A DNA stretch of 64,000 nucleotides from an uncultured Thermoprotei archaeon. GTDB lineage: Archaea; Thermoproteota; Thermoprotei; QMSL01; B3-G16. This document shows, one piece after another, positions 9,706-19,982 of the stretch. The notes under the pieces were generated by a model. It saw only the letters and a program-made list of their open reading frames with translations. It was not told the DNA's origin and searched no databases. The stretch spans positions 14,087 to 78,086 of the forward strand of contig CAZFCQ010000007.1 of the NCBI GenBank assembly GCA_964517845.1, read 5' to 3'. Numbering within the stretch: the stretch's first letter is position 1; the number at the start of each line of letters is the position of its first letter. The position numbers and the translations under genes are program-made.

Positions 9706-9797
9706 AGCCCTCTCCCTTATTTTTGAGTATTACAAGAATATCAGTGTAATAATATAAATTAAGGATTTCCTAAAGGTATCTCTGAGAGTGATCCAAA

Positions 9798-10613
9798 ATG
9801 CAAATAACGCTTGATGACCTCAAAATAAATGCTGACTTTGTTGAGAGACGCATAGTCTCATTCATAAAAGAGAAAGTACAAGAAGCTAAAGCTAAGGGAG
9901 GTGTTATAGGATTAAGTGGGGGTGTTGATAGTACTACTACTGCCTATCTTGCTGTAAGGGCATTAGGAAAAGAGAGGGTTATAGGGTTAATAATGCCTGA
10001 TAGAAGAACTACGCCATTAGAAGATGTAAGAGATGCATTAGAAGTAGCTAAGAGGTTAGGAATAAGGTACTATTTAGTTGATATAACAGACTTGTATGAT
10101 ACTGTTTCAAAAATTATACCAATTTTTAAACCCGAGAATTTCAAGGCAAATGGTAATATAAGAGCTAGACTTAGAATGATAATTCTATATTATTACGCTA
10201 ATAGTCTCGACTATATGGTAATAGGCACAGGCGATAGAAGTGAGTTATTGATAGGATATTTCACTAAGTATGGAGATGGTGGAGTAGACATACTCCCTAT
10301 AGGATGCTTGTACAAGACGCAGGTAAGACAAATGGCAGCTCATTTAAATGTTCCAAAGAGAATAGTTTCCAAACCCAGTAGTCCTAGATTATGGCCAGGT
10401 CATGAAGCAGAGAAAGAATTAGGACTTGGTTACGAAGAAATAGATCTAATTCTTCATGGATTAATAGATCTTAAAATGGAGCCTAAGGAAGTAGCCAAGG
10501 CAACAGGATTAGATATATGGAAAGTAATGAAGGTAAAAGATATGATAGAGCATAGTAAACATAAGAGAAGTACACCACCAACACCTAAGATACCTGGTTT
10601 AAATGAAGTATGA
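9798..10613 (+). CDS. nadE: NH3-dependent NAD+ synthetase
   Basis: GLSGGVDSTTTAYLAV PP-loop, 271 aa, typical NadE length. Confidence 0.9.
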   Translation: MQITLDDLKINADFVERRIVSFIKEKVQEAKAKGGVIGLSGGVDSTTTAYLAVRALGKERVIGLIMPDRRTTPLEDVRDALEVAKRLGIRYYLVDITDLYDTVSKIIPIFKPENFKANGNIRARLRMIILYYYANSLDYMVIGTGDRSELLIGYFTKYGDGGVDILPIGCLYKTQVRQMAAHLNVPKRIVSKPSSPRLWPGHEAEKELGLGYEEIDLILHGLIDLKMEPKEVAKATGLDIWKVMKVKDMIEHSKHKRSTPPTPKIPGLNEV

Positions 10614-11345
10614 AAGCTCAGGGAACTTTCTCCTTACTTTAATCTTAGGAAGTTTATCTGTAGCGTCTATTACTCCTAAGGGTTTCCTTTCGATAAAACC
10701 AAGGTCAATTAGTCTATAGAGTACTTGATTAGGATTTTTGACGCCTAGAGATTTAAGATCTATTAAGAAACGTAATTCACCTACGCTAGGATACTCATTT
10801 AGATACTCGATAGCTCTCCTTAACTCATCGTCAAAGTTTCCTAGAATATCGTTATCCTCTTCTTCTATACTTCCTTCATCTATTTTTATAACTTCGTTCT
10901 CATAATGCTCATTATCTTCTTTCTCTTTTTCTAAGCTTTTACGTGTTTTCTCTTCTATAGCCTGCTTCTCTCTTTTTTTCTCCTTTATATCCTCTTCTAA
11001 TGAAGAGAAGAGGGGGCTAAAGCGAATTAATTTTGTCATTTTAGATTGTGTTGATGACTTGGTGGATATAGTGCTCTTTGTCTCAGCTTCTTTTGATAGC
11101 CCCTCTTCTTTAGATGTATGGAGTATTTCAGGTATCGGGTATGCTAAGGGTTCCTCTTCAAGCTCTCTTAAATTTCCCTTGCCTTTGATTACACCTTCAT
11201 TTAAGAGATCATTAACTATCATTGATAACGTTATGAGCCCTATATTGTTCTCTTTAGCCCATCTTATTAACTCGCTTAATTCTACTTTACCCTTACTATG
11301 TATAAAGTCTTTGATTTTCTCTAACAACTTCTCATAGCTATTCAT
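10599..11345 (-). CDS. acidic protein with winged-helix-like N- and C-terminal domains and a low-complexity K/E/S-rich linker
   Basis: N-terminal LSELIRWAKENNIGLITLSMIVNDLLNEGVI and C-terminal VLYRLIDLGFIERKP are HTH-like; central EEKTRKSLEKEKEDNE tract. Confidence 0.5.
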   Translation of the reverse strand: MNSYEKLLEKIKDFIHSKGKVELSELIRWAKENNIGLITLSMIVNDLLNEGVIKGKGNLRELEEEPLAYPIPEILHTSKEEGLSKEAETKSTISTKSSTQSKMTKLIRFSPLFSSLEEDIKEKKREKQAIEEKTRKSLEKEKEDNEHYENEVIKIDEGSIEEEDNDILGNFDDELRRAIEYLNEYPSVGELRFLIDLKSLGVKNPNQVLYRLIDLGFIERKPLGVIDATDKLPKIKVRRKFPELSYFI

Positions 11346-11435
11346 TATATTGAACCCTATGTAATTCTTTTAGGAATCTAGTGTTAAGTCTATTTTAACA
11401 AGTCTAACGCTAATATTAATGAGTATCTTTTATCG

Positions 11436-12803
11436 CTACTCTTTGAGAGTACTTATAATCTTAAGTACTTTCTCCTTCATATTCTCTGCTAACTCCTTAG
11501 CTCTCTGAGGATCCTTGGCTTCACTAAAAATACGATATATAGGTTCCGTTCCGCTAGGTCTAGCTAATACCCACGATCCATCACTATACCATACTTTAAC
11601 TCCATCAATAGTCTCAACTTTAACTCCACTGACTTCAGAAAGGAGTATCTTAAGTACTTTAGCTTTCAGTTCATTAGGACAAGGTACCTTATCTTTTACT
11701 TGGTAATATTTGGGTAACGAAGATAAGAGTGATGATAATGAAGTCTCTTTTCTAGCTAATATGTCAAGTATTAACGCTGTCGCCATAGTACCATCTCGTA
11801 CAGGTAAGTGCGGGCCATAAAATATACCACCATTCTCTTCTACCCCTAACTTAGCTCCTAATTTCATCATCATCCTAGAGACTATGATGCTTCCAACTTT
11901 AGTGTATATTATCTTTCCGCCATATTTTTTAGCAACATCTTCTATGATCTTTGATGAACTCACAGGGGTTACAATGCATTCTCCAGGATTACGTTCTAAG
12001 AAGTCCATAACTATCAAAGCTGCAGTTTTATCGCCCCAGTATACTTGCCCTTTTTCATCTACAAAGATGGCTCTATCACCATCACCATCATGTGCTACTC
12101 CTAAGTCAGCACCAGAAGCGATTACGGCTTCAGATAGGGTTTGTAGATTATCTAAACGTGGTTCAGGCTTACGTCCAGGAAAGGTACCATCCAGATGAGC
12201 ATTGACAGTTAATACTTTGCACTTAAGCCTCTTAAGTAGACGAGGAGTAGTTAATACACTTACACTATTAGCAGGATCAACAGCAACTTTGAACTTTCTT
12301 TTAGATATAAGCTCTTCATTTATATGACTTAAAACTCCATCTAGATATTCGTCTATAAGGAATCTCATCTCACTAAATTCGCCTACATTCTCCCAGTTTG
12401 CATATTTAAATTTACGAGTGAAGTATATTTCTTCAATAAGTTTTTCTTTTTCAGGTGGTATTTCTACACCGTCGTTATCTATTACTTTAATTCCATTAAA
12501 TTCAGGAGGATTATGAGATGCCGTAATCATTATACCGAAATCAAACTCCCTTTTCTTTACTAAATATTGAAGAGCAGGCGTAGTTATGAGGCCTATATCA
12601 TATACATTTATACCAGTACTCATTAAAGCACTAGCTATGGTATTCGCTATAACCTCACCTGTGAGCCTAACATCTCTTCCTAATAGGCATTTTCCTTTTG
12701 AAAAGAAGGTTCCTATTGCTAAACCCACTTGTAATACGTCTTTTAACGTGAAATCTTTCCCTAGTATAAATCGTATGCCATTAGTACCGAACAATTTCTT
12801 CAA
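11436..12803 (-). CDS. phosphoglucosamine mutase / phosphomannomutase (alpha-D-phosphohexomutase family)
   Basis: Active-site TASHNPPEFNG, metal loop DGDGDR, sugar loop GVEENGG. Confidence 0.85.
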   Translation of the reverse strand: MKKLFGTNGIRFILGKDFTLKDVLQVGLAIGTFFSKGKCLLGRDVRLTGEVIANTIASALMSTGINVYDIGLITTPALQYLVKKREFDFGIMITASHNPPEFNGIKVIDNDGVEIPPEKEKLIEEIYFTRKFKYANWENVGEFSEMRFLIDEYLDGVLSHINEELISKRKFKVAVDPANSVSVLTTPRLLKRLKCKVLTVNAHLDGTFPGRKPEPRLDNLQTLSEAVIASGADLGVAHDGDGDRAIFVDEKGQVYWGDKTAALIVMDFLERNPGECIVTPVSSSKIIEDVAKKYGGKIIYTKVGSIIVSRMMMKLGAKLGVEENGGIFYGPHLPVRDGTMATALILDILARKETSLSSLLSSLPKYYQVKDKVPCPNELKAKVLKILLSEVSGVKVETIDGVKVWYSDGSWVLARPSGTEPIYRIFSEAKDPQRAKELAENMKEKVLKIISTLKE

Positions 12804-12875
12804 GAAACCTCACCACCTAGGCATTGAGATATAAATAAGTCATAATATATTAATCTGAGTTAAGTCATTTAAGTA

Positions 12876-13799
12876 TTGGTGAAAAGAGGGCTGAAGATGG
12901 AAAAAAATATTAAGCTCAGAATTTTATCAGCGGTTAAAAAAGCTGAAGAGGAAGAAGAAGAGGTAGATATAGTACTTAAAGGTCAATATCTCGAAGCCTA
13001 TGAACTTCTTAAGGACTCAGAGGATGCAGGACTTACTCCAGCTATAGTAGGACCTCCAGGTGTTGGAAAAACGCTTTTATGTAGATACTATGCTAAGCAG
13101 ACTAGAAGGCCATTCTACTGGATAACTCTGGATGAGAATACTAAACCTTCGCATTTAATTGGTGCTTTTAACCCAGCTATAGTGCTAGATAGAGGATTCT
13201 CATTAGATGCTTTTGAACCCGGCCCTCTCACATTAGCTATGATAGAGGGAGGAGTCTTTGTAGCAAACGAACTTAATAGAGCTAGTGAATACGTTCAAAA
13301 TGTCTTCTTAGAACCACTTGAGGAAAGGTCATACTATATAGCTCATGTAGGAAGGATAAAGGCTGCTGATGAATTTTTCTTTATAGCCAGTATGAATCCA
13401 AGCGAATTAGCAGGAGTACATAGGTTGAGTGAGGCACTCAGAGATAGAATTCATGTATGGATAGCCCTTACGTACCCTGATAAGGAAACCGAACTAGAGA
13501 TAGTAAAGATGCATTGTAGAAAATATAACTTACCTAAGGATGTATTGGAAAAGGTATATGATATAATTTCAAGGACTAGAAATCATCCAGAGTTAGAAAA
13601 ACCAGCCTCCATAAGGTCAACAATAGCAATAGCAAAGCTAGTTGCAGAAAGAGCGAAGAAGACAGGCGAATATAATGATAGCGTAATAGCAGAAGCTGCA
13701 TATAATGTATTAGTAGGAAGTTTGAAAGCTAGGCCTGGCATTAAGGTTGAGGCCATAGCTAGATCAATAATAATGGAGGCATTAAAACAAAGGAGGTGA
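12876..13799 (+). CDS. MoxR-family AAA+ ATPase (CbbQ/NorQ/CoxD-like)
   Basis: Walker A GPPGVGKT, sensor ANELNRA, FIASMNP; about 300 aa, typical MoxR size. Confidence 0.8.
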   Translation: MVKRGLKMEKNIKLRILSAVKKAEEEEEEVDIVLKGQYLEAYELLKDSEDAGLTPAIVGPPGVGKTLLCRYYAKQTRRPFYWITLDENTKPSHLIGAFNPAIVLDRGFSLDAFEPGPLTLAMIEGGVFVANELNRASEYVQNVFLEPLEERSYYIAHVGRIKAADEFFFIASMNPSELAGVHRLSEALRDRIHVWIALTYPDKETELEIVKMHCRKYNLPKDVLEKVYDIISRTRNHPELEKPASIRSTIAIAKLVAERAKKTGEYNDSVIAEAAYNVLVGSLKARPGIKVEAIARSIIMEALKQRR

Positions 13800-13805
13800 A
13801 GATAG

Positions 13806-15923
13806 ATGTTCATGGACGATTCATTAGAGCGGTTTGCTACGACTTTTGTTGAACGATTGAGAAGAGCTTGTGCTTCAAGCGATTTTAAGCCTTCTATACG
13901 TCATTCTATAGCTTTGGCTAGACTTTTAGAAGCTATTAGGCTTAGGAAAGGTAAACTGAACAGAGAGGACTACATAAGAGCTGCATTAGCAATAGTACCT
14001 CCAGAAGCTAAGGATATCGCTCTTGATGTAATTCAGGAGATATTTGGAACAGGGCGTAATTTTCCATTAAGATGGAAGGGATTCCCGTTCTTTCCTCCAT
14101 TTCCATTTCAATTACCTTTTCCCTTGGGATTGAAATATAATAAAGAGAGTCTTAGCGAGAGAGGGAGAAGGATACTTTCAAAAGCAATAGCAGGTAATCC
14201 TCAGGCTATAGAAGATTTCAGAAAATTAGCTGAGGAGAATCCAGTAGAAGCCGCAAAAGTTTTTAATAGAATTGAAAAAGTAGGCGTAGAAGACTTAGAT
14301 ACATATGCAGGTATAATCTCAAGTAGCATTAGGACACTAGAGGATTTCTATAATGTATTCTCCTTAACTAGGATACTTCCTTCTAATCTTGAGGAAATCC
14401 TTAATCATGCTTATGAAAATTACCCGTTAGATAGATCATATAAGATAGCTGATAAGATAGATAGTATAGCTAATTCAAACATGAGAGAACTAGTTGTTAA
14501 GTATTATTGGGATAGGGGAAGAAAAGAGGGGAGATTGCCTTCTTTAAGAGAGGTAGCTAGTTCTCCAGTGCCTATAAAAGAGTGGCGTCAAATGTTAGAT
14601 AAGGCAATAAAAGAGGAATTAGAGAAAGCATTCAGAATGAGCGATCCTACCAGAGCGTTAGTAGAGCTCGCGAAAGAATTGAAAAGATATAGCGAATATT
14701 ATCAGGACGAATGGTGTGCTAAGCCACTACGTAATGCTTCAAAGAGAATAGCTAAAATGGCTTATGAGATATCAAAAAAGGAAGGAAGAGAAAAAAGTAA
14801 GAAAATAGAGCAAGAGCTCTCAGAAGAAGGATTAGAACCATCTCTTCATTCAAAGATTTCAAATAAGCTTAGAGGAAGAATTAGAAAAAAGGAGGATATA
14901 GAGAAGCTCGCTAGGAGTAATTATGAAGACGTATATAAAGAGCTAGGTAGGAAGAAGGTAAATATTGAGGAGATATTAAAGAAAGCCGCAGAATATAATA
15001 ATAAGGAAGCCATAGCAGCTCTAGCGCATAGAAATCTTAGTAACACATTAGAAGCAGCTAAAAAGTTAGGACTCCTTGATAAAGTTTTAAATAGCCTTAG
15101 TGCTGGGCCTGGAGAGAACCTTCTGAAAGAATGGTTTAGAAGCAGAAGAAAGCTAGATTCCTCATTAAAGAGAATAGTTAAGCAGTATGTTAAAGAGATA
15201 CTATTAGACCTAGGAAGAGGATATGCTGTTTCTAGATTCGGAGGTTTAGAAGGAGGTCCTCTACCAAGTTTCATGTTAAAGCCATATGAACCAGGCGATG
15301 ACCCTTCATTAGTTGATTTAGAAGAATCTATAGAGAACATACTCTCTCAAGGAAAGTTACCGAAACATCTAAGATATGAGGACTTATTAATGAGAGAAGA
15401 AGAGCGAGGAAAGATAGCGCTAATACTACTTAACGATATTAGCGGTAGCATGGCAGGTGAAAAGTTGTTTTATATGAGTATATGTAGCTTAATGTTACTT
15501 TACGCTTTTAGAAAGGAAGATATAGGTGTTGCGTTCTTTGAATCAGATACGTATAAAGTTAAGGAAATAGATGAAAATATCAATATCGAAGATATAGCAG
15601 ATGAATTATTAGATTTAGATGCATTTGGAGGGACTTGTGTTTCAAGAGCACTTATTTGGGCGGAGGAACAGTTCGTTAAATCACGAGCAAAGACTAAGGT
15701 ATTAGTCCTCCTATCGGATTGTGCATTTTATGACTATGAAGAAGCACTTATGCTTATTTCAAGACTAAGGAGAATGAATGTCTTGATATTCGTTATTACA
15801 CCAAAATGGAGCTATGAAGAGAATATCGTTAAGGCTCTAAAAGGATTAGAAACTAGAGTCATACAAATAGAAAGTATAGAGGAGCTACCAGATATTTTAA
15901 CGATGATAGCCAATAACATCTAG
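13806..15923 (+). CDS. von Willebrand factor A (VWA) domain protein, partner of the MoxR ATPase, with long charged N-terminal extension
   Basis: C-terminal MIDAS DISGSMAG…GGT; 705 aa; unusual FPFFPPFPFQLPFPLG segment near residue 95. Confidence 0.8.
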   Translation: MFMDDSLERFATTFVERLRRACASSDFKPSIRHSIALARLLEAIRLRKGKLNREDYIRAALAIVPPEAKDIALDVIQEIFGTGRNFPLRWKGFPFFPPFPFQLPFPLGLKYNKESLSERGRRILSKAIAGNPQAIEDFRKLAEENPVEAAKVFNRIEKVGVEDLDTYAGIISSSIRTLEDFYNVFSLTRILPSNLEEILNHAYENYPLDRSYKIADKIDSIANSNMRELVVKYYWDRGRKEGRLPSLREVASSPVPIKEWRQMLDKAIKEELEKAFRMSDPTRALVELAKELKRYSEYYQDEWCAKPLRNASKRIAKMAYEISKKEGREKSKKIEQELSEEGLEPSLHSKISNKLRGRIRKKEDIEKLARSNYEDVYKELGRKKVNIEEILKKAAEYNNKEAIAALAHRNLSNTLEAAKKLGLLDKVLNSLSAGPGENLLKEWFRSRRKLDSSLKRIVKQYVKEILLDLGRGYAVSRFGGLEGGPLPSFMLKPYEPGDDPSLVDLEESIENILSQGKLPKHLRYEDLLMREEERGKIALILLNDISGSMAGEKLFYMSICSLMLLYAFRKEDIGVAFFESDTYKVKEIDENINIEDIADELLDLDAFGGTCVSRALIWAEEQFVKSRAKTKVLVLLSDCAFYDYEEALMLISRLRRMNVLIFVITPKWSYEENIVKALKGLETRVIQIESIEELPDILTMIANNI

Positions 15924-16267
15924 CGCCGTTTATACATAATGAGGAATAGCAATAGTAGTATTAGAGCAATTATAGCACCCGTAGCACCTAGAGCTCTACC
16001 ATATGGACCCCATGCTATACCAATAGGAATGGGAATAAATGGCCATATAATTACTATGGCTCCACTACTTGAACTTAATTGAAGCCCGCCTATTAAGGGT
16101 GCTATGATAGTTATTATCATGCCAATTATAGTTAAGATAAAGCCTATAGTGAATAATTTAGCTTCAAACGAATAAGTACATGTCTTATTACGTTCTCTTA
16201 TATTCCTAACATAGCTTCTATAAACTTTAAAGTTTAAACGAGGTTCTTCTTTTCTCTCTTTATCCAT
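15920..16267 (-). CDS. small integral membrane protein (3 predicted TM helices)
   Basis: 115 aa, hydrophobic segments FTIGFILTIIGMIITIIAPLIGG, AIVIIWPFIPIPIGIAW, AIIALILLLLFLIMY; last gene of the co-oriented pilus-like run. Confidence 0.45.
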   Translation of the reverse strand: MDKERKEEPRLNFKVYRSYVRNIRERNKTCTYSFEAKLFTIGFILTIIGMIITIIAPLIGGLQLSSSSGAIVIIWPFIPIPIGIAWGPYGRALGATGAIIALILLLLFLIMYKRR

Positions 16268-16360
16268 TATCTACATCACCCTCAATTAGAATCTAGATTA
16301 GCTAAACATAAATTTTTAGAAAGAGGCGATATAAAGAAACTCTACTCTTGATTATGTTTT

Positions 16361-16789
16361 CTAATCACTTACTTTTCTTTCTTCTAGGATCTCTATCTTT
16401 AACATCCTTAACTCTATGCATGAGACTCTTAGAGAATAAACATACCCCCCTGAGAGTGTAATTTCATTAGTAAATTTGAGATTGAGTATGATCCTATCAT
16501 CACTATAATTCTTCAGGATATCGGTTTCTTTTAATGTTCTTATAAGTGTAGGGGATACTGTATATCCTGTAAAGTATATAGTGTCCTTTTTAAGTAGGAT
16601 CTCTACATTTTCAGGAACGAAAAAAGATATCCTTATAATACTACCAGGCTTAAGGGCTATTTTACTAAACGAGTTTAAGAGCAAAGAAGGGTCAAAATAA
16701 GGCTCTAGTAAATATTGAGTAAAGGTAAGAGCTACAGTTAAGTACAGTAATAGGCCCACGAATATTAGCGTATACTCAATTGTTTCCAT
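16361..16789 (-). CDS. prepilin-like small protein (N-terminal hydrophobic helix)
   Basis: METIEYTLIFVGLLLYLTVALTF N-terminus; overlaps upstream gene by 14 nt within the pilus-like operon. Confidence 0.45.
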   Translation of the reverse strand: METIEYTLIFVGLLLYLTVALTFTQYLLEPYFDPSLLLNSFSKIALKPGSIIRISFFVPENVEILLKKDTIYFTGYTVSPTLIRTLKETDILKNYSDDRIILNLKFTNEITLSGGYVYSLRVSCIELRMLKIEILEERKVSD

Positions 16790-17408
16790 CCAATTTCACC
16801 TTCAGCTCTATACCTCTTTCATCATTTACAATGAGTATGAAAGGTCTTCTCCTTCTTACGAGTGCTTTAATAAGAAATATCTGATCTGGATATCGCTTAA
16901 TCTCAATGATAGAACCATTTTTTACTTTAAAGGATAGATCTACAGGTCTTTCACTCTTAACCTGAACTTTCAGTAATACCACTTCGTAATGTCTTAAGAA
17001 TGGAAGAGAATATCTTTCATAGGTAGTTACCTTAATAGAGAGGAGAGCATGGATAGTCTCATTACCCCAAGGATGCGTAAATATGGCTTTAGCATAGGCT
17101 GAACAACTCCCGGGTGAGGTGTTGTAATAAACTTCAGTGGAGGTCAATTCACCTGAATAGTCACTATTTTTCTTAAGAAGTGAAATAGAGTAGTTTATCG
17201 CATAAGAGAAGAGCGCAGAAAATTCTGAAGCATTAGTCGTTTTCTTTGAAGCATAAGAGAGTGCATTAACTACAACTATATAGTCTATAGCTAAAGCTTT
17301 TTCCTCGATATCTCTCTTGATAAGACGTACCTGAGCAATGTAAAGATTTAACATAAAGGATATTAACAATAATGTTGAAAAGAGACAAGCCAATAGTGTA
17401 AAGTTCAA
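16776..17408 (-). CDS. prepilin-like secreted protein with N-glycosylation sequons
   Basis: N-terminal MNFTLLACLFSTLLLISFMLNLYIA, sequons NAS/NYS/NTS/NET/NGS. Confidence 0.45.
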   Translation of the reverse strand: MNFTLLACLFSTLLLISFMLNLYIAQVRLIKRDIEEKALAIDYIVVVNALSYASKKTTNASEFSALFSYAINYSISLLKKNSDYSGELTSTEVYYNTSPGSCSAYAKAIFTHPWGNETIHALLSIKVTTYERYSLPFLRHYEVVLLKVQVKSERPVDLSFKVKNGSIIEIKRYPDQIFLIKALVRRRRPFILIVNDERGIELKVKLDGNN

Positions 17409-17412
17409 GTTC

Positions 17413-17787
17413 TCACCTACGGACTTTAAGACTAATAATTACACTTGTTAGAGTACCATTCCAACCAGGTATTATGGCCATAGCAGCTGGGCCTTCTAAT
17501 TGTTCGCCTATACTTAGAATCTTATCTCCATTAAGTGAGTATATCGTTAGGTTATATGGAGAGGAAATATAACTCTCTACTAGGACTTTTAAGCTGAGAG
17601 TATCATTAGCGTAAACACTATTTAAGAACTCTAAATTATGAAGTAAGGCAGTAAGTTCCTCATCTGGTGGTAAGAAAGGAGGTTGTTCAAATGAAAACTT
17701 GGATAGTGAAATTATTGTTAATACGGATAATATTATGATCGTAGCCAAGAAAGCGTCTATGACGTACATTTCACCTTTTCTCTTCAT
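17413..17787 (-). CDS. pilin-like protein with class III (type IV prepilin-like) signal peptide
   Basis: MKRKG-EMYVIDAFLATIIILSVLTII: basic N-region, G at -1, then about 20 hydrophobic residues. Confidence 0.5.
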   Translation of the reverse strand: MKRKGEMYVIDAFLATIIILSVLTIISLSKFSFEQPPFLPPDEELTALLHNLEFLNSVYANDTLSLKVLVESYISSPYNLTIYSLNGDKILSIGEQLEGPAAMAIIPGWNGTLTSVIISLKVRR

Positions 17788-18320
17788 GGAGTCTTCACCT
17801 CAAATAAGGTATTATTAAAGAGAATTGGTATGTAAGTTCCTCGAGCAACATATTTAGAAAGCGAGAAATGAGGATAAACAGTAATAGTACCATTAGGGAA
17901 TATAAGAACGTAAGGTATCTCCTTAGGTACTTTAGTATAGACACCGTGCTTAGACACGTAAAAGGTTCCCTTGGGAGGAGAACCTGCATAAAATACTGCT
18001 GAAGCGGAGAATACTACAGTAAAACCTAATTTAGGAACAAATGCAGGAGTCACTACGTTTAGTTTTAAGAAGGACCCATTATTTAGAACTATTATGATAT
18101 TAGCTTTAATGGGATCTTTATTACTTACAACTAAATATGCGTAAGGAGTTACTTCAAGTATATCGAGTGAGATTGTAGGAGCGATATACTTCTCTCTTAA
18201 TTCCAATCTTAAACTAGGAGTATACACTGTAGGAATATATGAGAGTACATAGTAAATAGAAATAATCATGACCACAGATATTATTGTGAACCCCAAAAAC
18301 CAATCTAGTAGCAAATCCAT
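17784..18320 (-). CDS. prepilin-like secreted protein
   Basis: N-terminal hydrophobic helix FLGFTIISVVMIISIYYVL, sequons NNGS/NGT/NNT; ATGA overlap with downstream gene. Confidence 0.45.
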   Translation of the reverse strand: MDLLLDWFLGFTIISVVMIISIYYVLSYIPTVYTPSLRLELREKYIAPTISLDILEVTPYAYLVVSNKDPIKANIIIVLNNGSFLKLNVVTPAFVPKLGFTVVFSASAVFYAGSPPKGTFYVSKHGVYTKVPKEIPYVLIFPNGTITVYPHFSLSKYVARGTYIPILFNNTLFEVKTP

Positions 18321-18333
18321 GATGAACTACACC

Positions 18334-19842
18334 TTAAAGCAGGCTTTCTAGTAGTACTATAAGTATCATCATTACGCTTATTATAAAGGCTTCCCTAAAG
18401 CCACTTCCTATTCTCCAATCAAGAGTCTTCCCTATTATTAAGCTTAAGATAAAACTGTTAACTAGTACCATGCTATAGATAGCATCTTTAGCTATAGGAA
18501 TTTCATTAGGCTTTATTACGGAGATAGGTAATGGAGAAGGAACTTCTCTAATTAATTCGCTAATCATAGCAACTTTATAGACAACTATGTGAAATAGGAT
18601 GTAAATTAATGATAAGGATAAAGTTACTATAAAGAGAGAGACCCAGCGGTATATTTGATTTCCTTTTCTAAACTCTCTTACACTTATCATGTACTCATTT
18701 AATATATCAGCTAAAAGATGATAAGATTCAGCCCTAGCGCCATATTCCTCACTAAGAGTTAGAAGTCCTAAGGCGATTCTCATTGGATAAGGTAGAAGGC
18801 TTTGTATACCCTTAAGAGCCTCTCGAATACTACCTGTTATTCTAATTCTTCGAATAATTAATGAAATTAAACGATCCATCCATACATCATAACTATGCAC
18901 TTCAGAGATACGCTCTAACGCTAAGAGAGGAGGTGCTCCTCTATATATCTCATCTGCTAGATCACGCATGAGTATAGGTAATTTCTCAACAATGTCGTCA
19001 ACAATACTTGCTTCACGCCTAAATTCTATCCATGCAGGTAGGGCGAATATCATAAGAGATACTGCTAATGATGTCGCTCTCATTATGGGAAGTGTAAGAT
19101 TGAAATACATTACTAGTGAGTAAAATAACACACTGATAATTATGCTTAAGGGAATATACTTAAGCGAAATTTTTCGATATATTGCAGTGTAATCGATAAT
19201 TCTAGGAACTTGAGTATCTATCAGAACCATATAGGCGATGCCTATAAAGATAGATAAGAAGACAAAAACAAAGACTATAGGTATTATCATGATACTAGCA
19301 AGAATAGTGAAGAGGACAGCAGAGAGCATAGGGAATGCACCAAATAGGACTATCACTATACTGAGTAATGTTCTGAAATACTCTGATCTACGAGATAACT
19401 CAGTTCTCAAATCCTGCATAACTAAATTCATAAGATCTAACATTAGGCGCTCAGGACTTCTCCCTGTACGTTCAATATTTACAATAGCATACAAAAGTCT
19501 AGACCACGTACCTTTCGCATGAGGAAGTTCAAAACGTAGTTGCTCACTAATATGTCTCGTATGAAGCATAGAATCCCGCTTAATTCTTAATATTTCAAAA
19601 GAGCAATGAGGCAATATATCTCTTAGATCAGAGAGTGCCTCAAATGCTACAAGAGGGGGAATACCACTATTAACTAACATTGTAACAGCTAGTATAGCAA
19701 AGGGAGCTTCACTTTCAAGTTCTGTATAGTGTGATCTAAGTGAAAAAAGAGGCCTGAAGCCTGAAATAAGGAGCTTCAAGCATGGGATAAAGAGAACTAA
19801 AGAGATCAAAGGTTTAAGAGAGGGGATTCGGAGAAATAGCAT
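18334..19842 (-). CDS. type IV pilus / archaellum-like assembly platform membrane protein (TadC/FlaJ/UpsF family)
   Basis: 502 aa polytopic membrane protein directly downstream of the secretion ATPase; two cytoplasmic domains alternating with TM clusters as in FlaJ/TadC. Confidence 0.75.
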   Translation of the reverse strand: MLFLRIPSLKPLISLVLFIPCLKLLISGFRPLFSLRSHYTELESEAPFAILAVTMLVNSGIPPLVAFEALSDLRDILPHCSFEILRIKRDSMLHTRHISEQLRFELPHAKGTWSRLLYAIVNIERTGRSPERLMLDLMNLVMQDLRTELSRRSEYFRTLLSIVIVLFGAFPMLSAVLFTILASIMIIPIVFVFVFLSIFIGIAYMVLIDTQVPRIIDYTAIYRKISLKYIPLSIIISVLFYSLVMYFNLTLPIMRATSLAVSLMIFALPAWIEFRREASIVDDIVEKLPILMRDLADEIYRGAPPLLALERISEVHSYDVWMDRLISLIIRRIRITGSIREALKGIQSLLPYPMRIALGLLTLSEEYGARAESYHLLADILNEYMISVREFRKGNQIYRWVSLFIVTLSLSLIYILFHIVVYKVAMISELIREVPSPLPISVIKPNEIPIAKDAIYSMVLVNSFILSLIIGKTLDWRIGSGFREAFIISVMMILIVLLESLL

Positions 19843-19982
19843 ACGAATAGGAGGAAAGAAGTTTTCTATAAATATAGGTAATAAAGGTAACCATATCAGA
19901 CCTATTGCTAAGTATAGTTTACGAAGATAAGCAGATGGAGGGCCTAGTGCTAAGAGGCTACATGCATGAGAAATCCTTTCTT

